Of a stretch of 64,000 bases of DNA, positions 36,054 to 49,072 are shown one piece after another (within the stretch, counting starts at the first letter, position 1; each line of letters starts with the position of its first letter). Made by a program: the position numbers and the translations under genes. The notes beneath the pieces are model-generated. The model saw only the letters and a list, made by a program, of their open reading frames with translations. It did not search any database and had not been told where the DNA came from. The DNA is from Lama glama (lineage: Eukaryota). The stretch is taken from assembly GCA_028534125.1 (NCBI GenBank), contig CM052817.1, positions 99,822,001-99,886,000 on the forward strand, in the 5' to 3' direction.

Positions 36054-37589
36054 TATCAGGGTATTAGCTGGATCTGGGCTTCACTATGCTGGAGTGGCCT
36101 ATTCCTTTCTATTAAAAGGCTCATTCTTGGCTAATGCATCAGCAGAGAATGAGGCAAGTGACAGATTTGTTTACTTGCTAACATGGTGAGATTTGATCAT
36201 TTATTGTATAAAATGGTTATTGCATGAGGTTTACCTTCTTCCCTCTATTATCCTAGGAGGGCTGCCTTGAAGGGAAATTAATGCTATATTTATTAGTGTT
36301 CCTGAAGGGAAAGGACAACATATTCTCTCTCTTTTATTCTCCATTAAAACAAATTGTTAAGTCCTTAAAGGCAGGGGCTGTATTTATGAATTCTTTCACT
36401 AGGTGTTTATTGAGCATTCAGCGGGGTGCTCTTAGGTTTGGGAGTGCAGTGTGAGCAAGGCAGAGAGGACGGTGGCAGGTGGACCACGTCCATGTATTTC
36501 TGGTTCCACTTTTAGCACTGTCCCTTGCCTTAGAGAAACCTTTCTCGATAATTGTTTGACAGATTTTTTGGAACAGTTCTTCTCTTCTTTTCCAGTACAA
36601 TCTATTAATACATGTGTTTTCCTAAAGGTTTATTAGTACCATTTGTCAACAGCCAACCCAAAAGTAAGTGAAAGGTCAAGTGACATGAGCACGTGTCATT
36701 CCACTGACCCCTGCCCTGCCTCTCCTTGGCTTAGCCCAGCTTCTCCCTCTGCTGCAATGCCAGCCAAGCCTGCAGCAGCCTCTTTCTGGATAGTCTCCTC
36801 AGTTAATATGACATGTTTTATCTTGTTTCTTTGTAACTGTGTAATTTTTCTTGCGTTCTCACCACACCTCTTACGTGTATTGAGGCAGAAAAAAAAGCTA
36901 AAAGCTGGTGGTCAAGTCCCAGCATCTTTGTGTTATAGAGAAGAGATCAGGAATTAAAAGATAACTGGTTAATAGAAGAGCCATGACCGATGGTGAAGTG
37001 TCCAGACTCTGGGATCCCTTCTCTTGACTCAGTTCTGGGAGGGCCTCACTGTTAGCGTGGAGTAGGAGTCCTGTGACAGTGGGTGATGAACAACAGAGCT
37101 GACTCTATGACCGGCTGCGAGTTTAGGCGTAATGGGTTATGACAGTGGCCAGATAATGTGGAACTAATGGATGCAACACTTTACCGGGTGTTTTCATTTG
37201 GCACGTCAAGCAGTTGGAAGCCGCTGAAGGCTTTTGTGAAGGAGCTTAATATGAGCAAATTAACACTCGAGGGAAGATGCAAGAGATACTGCTGTGTGTC
37301 AGTGCAGCCCGGGGCAGGGAGGACAGCAAGAAACGACCTGGGGAGGGAAGGGTTACCCATCTGACACGAAGAAGCTTGAGGCCCTTTGATTTTGAACTGA
37401 GAGGCTGTAATAAATACAGGACAGAAATAGGAATCAAATTCTCAAACAGTATGTCACTCCATCTTTTGTGATCATAGTTGGTTTTCTGACTCTGAATTTT
37501 GATGATGGTCTTATTTTCAGTTGCCCAAGTGATCATTCTGGTTTTATTTAGCTCTCACTCCACACCTGGGCTGCCCCAGCCCTAGCCCT

Positions 37590-38015
37590 GACTGAAACAG
37601 GCTGAAATTAACAGAAAACCTCCACCAGATTAAATAAAAAGGGAACTTTATGGAAAGGATCCTGGTATCTTAAGGAACCTGGGCTCAGCCTGCCCTCAGA
37701 GCAGAATCTGGGATGCCAGCTCAGCACTTTCTTCTGTTTGCTTTCCTTCCCTCGCTGAATTGGCGTTCATTCCGCGTAGCTAACCTGGGCTCTTTGTACC
37801 TCCTGCGCCATGTCCCAGTGATTGCAGCAACTGGAGAAATCCATTTAGCATTTCTAGTTCTGATTTAAATTCCGAGGGGAGAAATTTATTGGCTCAGTCC
37901 AGTCAGCAAAGGCAGAAGGCAGGGCAGCCAGGCCCACGTGAGGCCAGAATGGCAGCAGGTCCCCACCTTGAACTAGAGGTCTTGGGGAGCAGAGAAGGGG
38001 ACCCTGGCAGATACT
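37590..38015 (-). mobile_element. Very old MLT1-like LTR remnant
   Basis: Weak motifs 'aaagggaactttatggaaagga' and 'gggagaaatttattggctcagtc'. Confidence 0.4.
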
Positions 38016-40309
38016 CCAAACACGTTGAAAATCCCCACTTAAAGTTACCCAGTTCCTAAAATGTTATTTGCTCTTTGTGGCATTGATGTTTTAAAGTTTC
38101 TTTGTGGCGTAAGGAGGAATTCGATCTATTCAGCCCATTTTATCCACTTCATCATATAAAAATAATGCAGAACCCTAGCTTTTCCTCGAATCTGGTGTTT
38201 TGCAGCTCACCTCTGTTATTTTTCATACCCTGCTGGAAAATGAGCTTTTTTGGGGTAACATAGGGAGTGAGAAGTTAAAGGTCTGCAAAGCTTTTAGTAT
38301 AATGCCTCGGACAATTAAAACGTGGATTTTCATGCATTAAGAAATTTCGTTCATCAGAAACCACGTTTCTCTGGATGATGTTTTTATCCTTCCCAGAGAG
38401 GTTTAGAGATGAATAACCTTGAGGTGTTCAGGCTGCAGATGGTTTACTAGCTTCAGAGATTCTGATTTTATTTATAGGCTGCAAGAAAACACTCAATGAA
38501 GTTTGCTGTGATTCACTGCTTGTCACCTTGAGCTGTTGCCACTGAGTGCCAGGAAGGCACTGAATCCTCTGCTCCGAGAGAATAGAACAGAAACCGCGGA
38601 GCTTGGAACAGAATCAAAATGTTATCTCAGGGATTTCTCATAACATATAGAATGGACCCAGGCCAGCGGCTTCAGATCTGAGTTTCTCTGCTCACTCCCA
38701 CCCCTGTGAGAAGTGAATACTTTGTCAAGACAGCAGCTGCTTTGAGCCTTTTGGTGGCTGAAAGAAAAGCTAACAGGAACAATCCTCCAGCTCAACTGAG
38801 TAGTGGTCTAAGGAAAAGTCAATCTAGATAAATTATCCTTTGGCCTGTTGGGGTACCACTGACTCCCTCCCCAGATCTGATTTGTGCAGCAGTACCTGTC
38901 TGCTGCCTCTTAAACACACAGCCAACAAGTTTTCTGTGTTATATGCAGATTCGAGAGAAGCCCTGAAGCAGGTAGCTGTGAAATGTACACCGAGGGCGTC
39001 TGCTGAAGCCTGTTGTCTGTTCTGTTGAGATACAGAACTCACATATTTCAACCAGAAACATGAAGTGGAACAAATTGGGTTGCACAAAGCCAGATAATAA
39101 AATGAATGATAAATGGAAAGGGACCCCAAAGGTGCTCCAGAAAAGCTGGCATGGGACCGGAGGCCTGGCTAGAGGAGGCGGGGGTCGGGAAAGGCTCCGT
39201 GTAATGACTCCTGCGTGATTGATGCGGCTGGTTGTTTTGACTGTCATTTTCTAAGTTATGTATTTGGGTAGGGAGAAGAGGGAGGCTTTGCCTGAAGTTC
39301 CTTTGTTTTGTTTTGCTGCTTTTGTTTTGAGAGGGCTTGGATTGTTTGCTTTGTTTTTTCATTCCTTAATGAAAACTTACCCCAAAGAGAAAACCAGGAA
39401 CATCTGTCTTCATTTCAACCTCAAGAAGCGTTAGAGTATTATTTTTCCCCTCTCAACAGAGGCCCCAGTGGTGACAAAGGAGTGAGGGCCTTGGGGCTCG
39501 ACTCGGTGTTTCACATCATGAAACTTCTTGAAGACATCAAATACCTATCGTAACAGGGGTCCCCTTCCTGACTGTTTTCTTGGCGAGCCTGGATCTCTGA
39601 AAGGTACCCTGAGCCTTTCTTTGCCGGATGGATCCTGTCCTTTCTCCCCCTGTCTGTTCAGTGAGGTCCTGCCAATCAGTCTGGTGACTGATTCTCTGCC
39701 CCTCTGCCTCTTTCACCGATGAGTGGACATCTTTACCTGCCTTCTCATGGCTTACAAGGAACCCGAGGTCATCGGAAGTTTACTGTTAGATCCTAGGAGA
39801 AAGGACCAGCCAGGCTTAAGGAAGGGCAGGGAACTGAACCCCTGGAGGCTGGAATTAGAAGGTGCCTGGGTCCCCACTGGTTCCGGGGGCCTCAGCTGAG
39901 GGGTTGGGGACTGCTGTCCTGGGCGTCTGCCCTCGCTGCTAAGCCAGCTCCTCTCCCAGTTGCTGTTCTGTCTTGGGGATGGGTGGGCCGCACTCCCTGC
40001 TGACAGCTGGCTTCACTTCCTAGTTGAAATCTCCGAAACAATTTGAGTGGCTGAGCGAATTCACCACCGTTGCTGGGATTAAACCGTGTCACAGGTTGAT
40101 GGCCAGCCTTGGGATTAGTTGCTTTTAGATCATCCTTGGCTCTATCAGATTCTGTTCCGTATAATTAGCAGATCGGGGTGTGTGTGTGTGTGTATTTACA
40201 GAAAAGCATTGCCGAGGGCCGCCCCCAAACAGTGGTTGGGAATGTTACCAATTTCCTGTAGAAGGGGCCGTGGGCAGGGCAAGCACCCCAGTGGGGTGAA
40301 AAACCCACC

Positions 40310-40490
40310 CTCAGGTAATGCCCACAAGATACCAGTAAGATGGAGGTTATTATCCCTGTTTTGAAACTGAGAAAATTGGGTCCAAAAGAGGTTAAATACT
40401 ATGCCTCAAGTTATTGACTAAGGAGGTGAAGGAGCTGGGATTTGAAGCTAGATTTATTTGACTCTGCTGGGCCATGATGCGTTTTTTACT
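40310..40490 (-). mobile_element. MIR SINE
   Basis: 'attatccctgttttgaaactgag...agaggttaaatactatgcctcaag...gagctgggatttgaagctag'. Confidence 0.65.
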
Positions 40491-41274
40491 TTTGAGTTCT
40501 TCACAGATGAGGCAAGGCACTCGATGGATAGTGCTGGCCCCCTCTTATTCTCTGAGGGGCTGGGGCTGTGTGTTTTTCCCCAGTGCTTTAGAACCAGGGT
40601 AGCTTCTCATTTTCCCATCTCATGGAAAAGAGCTTCTAGGAAAGATTGTGAGTTTTCTGTGATGGAAAAGAAATAGTTAAAGCTCAGTGTTTCGAGAGCG
40701 GCGCTGTTCTCACTATCACAGCTGCGCTAGGTGTTGGGCCGGAAGGGCTCGCAGGCTGAGCAGTCTGCACCTGCGGTCAGGAGCACTAGGGGCAGATGTT
40801 TCCATCAGTCCTGCTCTTTTCCCTTCGTGGGTTGGTACCCAGTGCTCTTCCTCATTTAGGGGTTCGTCATTTCTCTCCGGCATGCGGAGCCTAGAGGCCA
40901 TAACCAGGGCAGCGGCTTGGCAGCCGGCACACAGTAGGCCTGCAGTCTGTGTTCATCAGTTAACTTGTGGCCCCACTGTCTGTCCTCAGGGAGGGGTCCT
41001 CCCTATGAATCACTTTTTCCTCACACCACAGCCTTGCCATTTCTCTTTGTTCAAATTTTACCAGCCTTGGGTGAGACAGCAGGTTTTCTGATCTCTGTTT
41101 GGGGAATTCTTTGGAATTCTGTTTGGGCTTCTCTAATGGTTCAGCATTCAACCTCTGCAGTTCTAACGGTTTTCAATCTTATAAATTACACTTTGGGAAG
41201 AGAAGGATGTTTGCAGTTGCCAGCTCCTTCTCTTCCCTACCCCCTGCCGGCTTTGGATGTTACCCATTTGCTGG

Positions 41275-41470
41275 TAGTGTAGTGATGAGCAGTATAGATC
41301 TGGGAGCCAGGCAGATCTGGGTTCGATTCACTGCTCTGACACATCCTGGCTGGGTGACCTCTGGCAAGTTACTCAGTCTCTCTGAGCCCGGATATGTAAC
41401 AAAGCACTTAGTACAGGCATGGCGCATAGTGATGAGTCAAGAAAAACGAGGTGCTGCTAATATAATTATA
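41275..41470 (+). mobile_element. MIR SINE
   Basis: 'ctgggagccaggcagatctgggttcgattc...ctgggtgacctctggcaagttactcagtctctctgagcc'. Confidence 0.78.
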
Positions 41471-44400
41471 ACCATAATATGATAATCATGCATTTGATTC
41501 TGGGGACTGTCAATGCTTATTATTCCCAAAGGAGGGAGCTCTTAACATTGAGCTGCAGCAACATAGTCATGGGCAGGAGACTGAATGCGTGGTCTTTTTG
41601 TTTATATTCTGTTGTCATCCTAGGGTTTGAAGCCTTTCAAGTGTTATAAAGCAAATTTCGTACGAAGATAATTATCATGTTTCTAATGTGGTTGGGAGCT
41701 GAGGTGTTTTAATTACTGATGTGCCAGGAACCCTTTCAATAAGGTGAAGTGTGATTTTTTTAAGGCCTTCGTGTACTTGGTCATAATTAGGGACATTTGG
41801 AACACTCAGGCGTAATAGCTGCTGATTAGTACACTTTCATTAAGCAATCAGGATTGAATGACCCAGGAGCAGACTTTCAGGGGGTCAGGTTTCCAATTTC
41901 GGAGGAGGAGGAGCCAGTCACGCTTTCTCCTCTTCTCTGTTGTTTGTCTCTCCACCAGTTACCTTTACTCACATTTTGTGTCTGTTGAACACAGTGCTGC
42001 TCTATGTTTTTCTGAGGCCTTAATTTTTATAGAATCTCTCTGCTGCATTTTCCTCCTCCTTGCCCTGTGAACCAATCTGGCTAAATCCCTGCATTAGAGA
42101 ATACAATTTTCATATGGCACTGCCTGTTGTGGGTAGGTGGTGGATGTTAAAAGGTGATTGAAGATGGAAATGAAAAAGTTGAAGTTTGTGCCTTGAGAAT
42201 CAGAAGAAAGAGGGAGAAAGGGAAAGTCAAACACTTGAGACCTTGAAGGGATTGTTGATTTCATATCGAACCTTCGTTTTTTTAAAGACTCTGCGCTCCT
42301 TAAGAACAGGGACCGTGTTTGACTTGTTCCATGTTGTATGCCTTGCACTTAGCACAGAAACTGGTGCAGAGTGGAATTTGTTGAGTAAATTTATGGGAAA
42401 ATGGAGGCCTACTGATACTTACATAAATTACATTGATATCTACAGGGATAGATTCTGGGCCAGAAGCTGGATCTCCAGGGCCCAGTGAGAGATGTGTAAA
42501 GAAGGGAATAAGGTTTAAGAAAGGCAAGAATTTTTTAAAAAGCGACAGAGGAATATGTAAGTTAGAAAATGTAAATTTCACTTGGTGGTAACTCACAGAA
42601 GGAAATAGAGTGTGTGGATGTGTGGTGTTGCTTAATTCGATGCTGATAGTGGATTGTTTCTCAAAAAGCAGAGGCTGAGCAGCAGCATAACAATTTTGGT
42701 ATTGTTTGGTCTGTATCTTTCCTTGGCTTTGTCCTTTTATTGCTTAAACTAAGGTGACTTTTCAAGCTCAGTCTCATTATTTTATCCCTTTCCCGCCTTA
42801 AGTTTATAGATGCTGTGTTGAGTTACTATTCATTTCAGAACTCTCTCCCTTGCTATTAATTCAGATTATGTAATTTCTAATCCATTTTCATTTTTCCGAC
42901 CCTTCATACATCAAGCAGATCAAAAGTTCGTATGACAAGTATCTTCATCTCACAGGATTTTGAGTTTTAAGCCAGTTCTCCAAACTTGCCCCCTGTTGTG
43001 CAGGTTCCATAGACCAGGTAGTGTTCCTTTCCCTACTCCCCTGGCTGCCCCACTGCAGACGTGTCACGGGGGCCTCCTGGGGGAGGATAGGTACAAATAC
43101 CTTAAGCACTGAGGTGCGTTCAGGTGGCATTATGGGTGGATTCTCCTCCCTTCCACTAGGTAAGGATTCTAACTCCTAAATCAGGTCAGAGAGGCGGCAG
43201 GTGGTGGTGGCTTTCTGGGATAGGGGTGGAGTATGTGTGTGTGTGTTTGTGTGTGCACGCTGAGGGTAGGGGGCATATTTCCCGAGAAGTAGGAGACCAC
43301 ATATTGACCATCGGCCTCCTCCCATCCTTCCCTTTTCAGCCCAGGAGCATGTATTTGAGATTGTCAATGTGCAGTTAGTGGAGGTTTCTTTAGAGGACAG
43401 AGATGCAAATGACCCGTCTTTCCTTGTTAGAAAGCCCCTGTCAGGGATGTTCTCCTGGATGAATGCAACACTGCTGACTATCCCATGATAACTGTGGCCC
43501 CGAAAGGGTGAGGAGAGTTCAGTACAAGCCCCTCGCTATAGGGCTAGAGTACATATAGGAGAGAAGCAGCTTAAGGTCCGTTTTTGGTGGGATACAGGAT
43601 GTATTTCCTTTAGCTCACTGGAACACACATTGTGACTTCTAATTATGTAGGCGTCTAGAAAAATTAGTTTTGAAAATCCCTAAAGTATGCCCATAGACCT
43701 GTTTACCAATCTAACTGTAATTATTTATTGATCATGTAGCATGTGGCCAGACCTGACCAGCCCCTGCTCAGATAGAATAGTAAAATGTGGTCCAGGGTTT
43801 TTGCACTGTCATTCTGTTTGTGATTTAGATTATTAGGGAAAGCCCATTTACCCTGAAATCAAGACAGATAGCCTCTGGGAGTTCTGAATGGAAATTCACC
43901 TGTTTCCTCTGTCATTTTAGAGAAGGTGCCGCACTCGTACCTTCAGCAGTGGATTATGCACAATCAACGGTGATGAATGTACGAGCATTTTTAATTAGTC
44001 TTCATGCCCTCTGTCTAATGCAATCAGAAACCTTCGATCAGAGGAGAGATTTATCATCAATCATTCATCATCCTCTGAGGTGGATATAAACCCATTTGCT
44101 TTTCGCCTGCAACTTAAAATATCTGCTTTAGAGAATTACTATTTACCCAGGCAGATACCTATAAGCCAAGTATATTTTGAGCGTGTAGACTTAAATATCA
44201 AATTGCAGATTGCTCTGATTAAGTGTAATTGCGTGAATTAAGGTGCCTCCTCCAGCCTTCACTCAGTACAGAGAAAACCCACCAACAGACAAGATAGTGT
44301 TAGAGAAACAGTATCAGACTGGCATCAAGGAGGCCTGAGTTCTAGGCCTAATTGTGTGAACCCATTTCCTCATTTGTAAAAATAAAAGAGGATTGAAATA

Positions 44401-44989
44401 ACTGGTATTTAAGTCCTCATGATGTCATGTTGAAGTTGTGTTACTTGTAATAGAATACCAGTAGTAAACAACACTTCTGGCCCATTTAACATGTGCTGAG
44501 CACTGGGCTGCAGCATTTACCTTAAGCAGGTGCATGAAGCCTGCATCATCTCATTTACTCCCACCTCGCCCCATGAGGTAGTTACTGTGAAAAGGCCACC
44601 TCGGTCTTAGCTTTGGAGTTCTTGGTGGGGAGACCAATCTCTCTCTGTAGGATCAAGATTTGGAGATGTCAGACATGAATTCACAGTAATTGTCTAAAGA
44701 TCATTGAATTGAACAGAGTCCTACAGAGATGATTTTTTGTTTGCCTTAATGGGTGTGACTAAATTCCACAATTAAAGTGAAATTGACAAAGTAAAATTTC
44801 TAATTTAACTGACAGCCAGATAATTTCTCTGTTTTGATCTGCTGTGAACATCATTTTCTCTCTCTCTCTCTCTCTTTTTTTTTTCAATGAAAAGTGAAAT
44901 TCTAGAGAGTCCAAGAACAAGTTAAAAACTTCGTTGTTGGTCAGCAATGTCAGTGAGCATGTAGAAACTGCATCACTTTCATTCCTGTA

Positions 44990-45500
44990 CTGATTGTTGG
45001 GAGTGTAAGTTGGTACAGCTTTTTGGGAGACCACTGCAGGTATGCATGCCCTTTGAGCCAGGATTTCCACTTCTGGGATTTCAACTGAAAGACAAAAATC
45101 AAGGATTTGCTCAAATGTTCAGTTAAAAGATTATCCACTGTTTGTAACTCTGAAACCTAGAAGCAAATGAAATACCTAACCATTAGCAGATTGGTTAAAT
45201 AAACATATTTAATGTTGAAATGTGTTATTAAAATGGTAGTTATTATTAAGCAAGAAAAAAAACCCAATTTAAACCAGAGAATGTGCTATTTGAGACCATC
45301 TTAATATAATCACACCAACTTGCAAATATGTGCACATAGATATTAGTTTAAATGTATAGCTATCTAGGACTTAAATACATAGAAATATATACATATCTAG
45401 GACTTAAAATAGTTGTTTTTATCTGGCTGAGTGATATTACCTTTTTTTTTTACACATCTGCATTTAAAATATTTTTCTGTAAAGACTCTGCAATTTTTTT
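44990..45500 (+). mobile_element. Ancient L1 (L1ME-like) 3' region
   Basis: 'tgttgggagtgtaagttggtacagctttttgggag...ccctttgagccaggatttccacttctggga...agattggttaaataaa'. Confidence 0.65.
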
Positions 45501-46521
45501 TGATAAGAAAAAGAAATTAGTAAAAGCAAACAGTATAAACTTCCTGAAATAGAAGCACCCGCTCAGTCCAAGGGCTAGAAATTGTTCACAAATCTGAATT
45601 TGTAAGGACGTGTAATTGTCATAAATATGCACAATTATCATCCTGAGGTCATCCAGTGTGGTTAACTTGCCTTTATTCACATGGATAATTGAAGAGGTCT
45701 TTGAGTTCTTTGAATCAGGATTTAGAAGAATTTCACTCTGATTGTACCTTATTAGAAATAAATCTTAAAAAAAGCTAAAAAGAAAAAAAAGAAAAAACAG
45801 GCACTCTCTAGGGATCAGCCTTTTTCCTCCCAATAGCTAAAATTAATACCAGTGACACTTGATCATTGTAGAAATTTAGAATATATAGATATGCCAAAAC
45901 AAATAAAATCAAACACACACTCACACAAAATCCCACTTTCCAGAAATAAAGCACTATTGACACTTAGGGTTATATCCTTCCAGAATTTACATTATATGTA
46001 CATATGTGTGTGCATGTGTACGTGTGTGTGTGTTTGTCATCACACACAGACATACATGTATAGTGCCTTGCCACCTGTTTATTTACCAGTAGAAGACAGT
46101 CCATCAGACTGTATAGTTAAATGGGCACAGAGACCATGCCTTATTGGGTGTGTTAGAGTTTCCAGTGCCTGGCAGAGTAGGAACTGAATAAATATTCATG
46201 GAACAACTGCGTTTATCTTGACTATCTTTCCAGGTCAACTGTTTTACTCCCAAAGATTATTTTGATGGAATCTCATAATGTGGACATACTACATTTAGTT
46301 GTTTCTAGTCTTTAGCTATAAAAAAGCACTGCTGAATTAAGCACTCTTCTAACTAAATATTTGACACATCATAAATTATTCATTACAATTAGTAACCTAA
46401 AAATTGATTTGTCGGATCAGAGGGTATATATGTGCTTCTCACTTTTGGTAGCATTGCCGAACATCCTCCAGAAAGGTGGTGCCGTTTTACATTCCTAGTG
46501 AAAGCAAACAGTGCCTGATTT

Positions 46522-47040
46522 TGTTACTGAGTCCAAACTCGTTCCGCTCGCTGCAGGAAAGTCCAATAAATCGGGAGACAAGGTGTTGGGGTTAAGGAAT
46601 AATGACTTTATTTGGAAAGCCAGCAGACCAAGAAGATAGCAGACTAATGTCCTGGAGAGTTATCTTCCCTAAATCAGAATTTAGGCTCCTTTTGTACTAA
46701 AAAGGGGGAGGGGGTGTGGTTGGTTGTTGCAAACTTCTAGGTGTCAGAATCCTTTGTTCTTGCAGCTATCTAGGTAGGTCAGGTAATGGTGTCCCTGTAA
46801 ATCTCCAACAAGACAAATGTTTTCTATTCTGCAACTTTTTATCTTTATATGAATGGGAGTGTTATACCCTTAAAGATAGGAGCCTAGAGAATGGGCTATC
46901 CTGTATATTTCAGGCTCTAGGCAACATTCTTTTTACAAAAGGTACAGAACCAACAGTGACTCAGCACCGTAAGCAGAGCACAGGGTTAGAGCCAAAGGAG
47001 CAGGTTTAATATGATGTCAGATTTGTTCTTCCCTACTGCA
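46522..47040 (-). mobile_element. ERV1-type solo LTR (artiodactyl), inserted in an old L1
   Basis: TG...CA ends ('tgttactga'...'ctactgca'), 519 bp, near-match 4-bp TSD attt/gttt, and 'tttatt' (AATAAA on the - strand) at ~46607. Confidence 0.8.
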
Positions 47041-47598
47041 GTTTACCTACACACTTGGAAGCCTGGACCTTTTTTTTTTTTTAAAAAACCTGAAATTTAC
47101 ATTGAGATAATTGTAAATTCTTGTACTGTTTTAAGAAATAATACAGAGACATTCCTTGTACGCTTTACCCATTTTCCCTTGTGGAATCATTTTTGCAAAA
47201 GTCTAGTATAATATCATAACCAGGGTATTGACATTGATAAAATACTCGGATCTCTCCAGTTTTACTTGGTCTCATTCGCGTGTGCTAGTCGTACCATATT
47301 AAGTTCCATTTGAGTTTACCACAGGGGTAGGTAGGTTTGTGGGTCCACCGCCGCAGTCAAGACACAGCACTTCCAACACTACAAGGATCCCTCCTGTGGC
47401 CCTTTTATAATCATGCGACTTCCCTCCTGCCTTTCTCCTGGCAACTAACCTGCCCTCCAGTCATAAAAATTTGTCATTTTTAAAATGTTATGTAAAAGGA
47501 AGCATAGAATATGTTACTATTTGGAATTGGCTTTTTTTCACTCAGCATTATTCCCTGGTCATTTATCCAAGTTGTTACTGGTATCAGTAGTTCATTCC

Positions 47599-47727
47599 TT
47601 GTAGTAACCTATAATGAAAAAGAATATGAAAACGAATACATGTATGTGCATCTATGCCTGAAACATTATGCTCTACACCAGAAATTGACACAACATTGTA
47701 AACTGATTACACTTCAATTTAAGAAAA
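47599..47727 (+). mobile_element. Short young L1 3' terminus (camelid-type) with TSD
   Basis: 'gtaacctataatgaaaaagaatatgaaaa...ccagaaattgacacaacattgtaaactga...cttcaattt'; 'agttcatt' flanks both sides (47589 and 47728). Confidence 0.85.
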
Positions 47728-47959
47728 AGTTCATTTTTTAAAATTGCTGAATAGTATTTCATGGTATGGATGGGCCACAATTTGTTTAACCATTTGTCTG
47801 TTGAAGGTAATCTGGATGGATTCTAGTTTTTGGCTAGTATAGATTAAGCTGCTGTGAGTATTTCTGTACAGGTTTTTGTGTGAACGTAGGTTTCATTTCT
47901 CTGAGATAAATTCCCTGTAGGTCAGTTGCTAGGTTATGTATGGTGGTTGCAGATACAGG

Positions 47960-48468
47960 TTTTTTTTTTTTTTTTGCATTCTTTTTTTTTATTAAAATAT
48001 AATCACTTTACAATGTTAGGTCAATTGCTGGTGTACAGCATAATGTTTCAGTCATACATATACATACATATATTTGTTTTCATATTCTTTTTCATTAGAG
48101 ATTACTATAAGATATTGAATATGGTTCCCTGTGCTATAAAGTAGAAACTTGTTGTTTATCTATTTTATACATAGTAGTTAGTATCTGCAAATTTTGAACT
48201 ACCAATTTATCCCTTCCCACTCCTTAGGTAACCATGTTTGTTTTCTGTCTGTGAGTCTGTGTCCATTTTGTAAATAAGTTCATTTGTGTGTGTGTGTGTG
48301 TGTCTCTCTCTCTCTTTTTTTCTTTTTTAGGCTCCACATATTAGTGATATCATGAGGTATTTTTCTTTTTCTTTCTGTCTTACTTCACTTAGAATGATGG
48401 CTTCCAGGTCCATCCATGTTGCTTCAAATGGCATTATTTCATTCTTTTTTATGACTGAGTAGTGTTCC

Positions 48469-48510
<42 letters not shown>

Positions 48511-49072
48511 CCACACATACCACAACTTCTTTTTCCAGTCATCTGTTGATGGACATTTAGGTTGTTTCCATGTCTTGGCTATTATAAATAGTGCTGCTGT
48601 GAACATTGGGGTGCATTTGTCTTCTTTTCAAATTATACTTTTCTCCAGATATATGCCCAGGAGTGGTATTGTTGGATCATATGATAGGTGTATTTTTAGT
48701 TTTTTAAGGACTCTCCATACTGTCCTCCATAATGTTTGTACCACTTTACATTCCCACCAACAGTGTGGGAGGGTTTCATTTTCTCTACACCCTCTCCAGC
48801 ATTTATTATTTGTAGACTTCTTAATGACAGCCACTGACGGGTGTGAGGTAACACCTCATTATAGTTTTGATTTGCATTTCTCTAACAATTAGTGATGTTG
48901 AGCATCTTTTCATATGCCAGTTGGCCATCTAGATGTCTTCTTTGGAGAGGTGTCTACTTAGGTCTTCTACCCATTTTTTGATTATGTTGCTTGTTTTTTG
49001 ATATTAAGCTGTCTGAGCTGTTTGTTTATTTTGGAAATTGGTCCCTTGTCGATTACACCATTTGCATGCATA
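47960..49072 (-). mobile_element. Young-type L1 3' 1.1 kb nested in older L1
   Basis: Poly-T tail; ORF 48628-48834(-) '[32 protein letters not shown]' is the L1 ORF2 Cys-rich domain. Confidence 0.92.
48471..48507. repeat. (TG)n microsatellite
   Basis: About 18 uninterrupted TG units. Confidence 0.95.

Noticed and set aside
38833..41482. Cluster of overlapping ORFs / CpG-island promoter
   Set aside because: Mildly higher GC explains the ORFs on both strands. By eye, CpG density is below that of a real island (not computed), and there is no recognisable protein.
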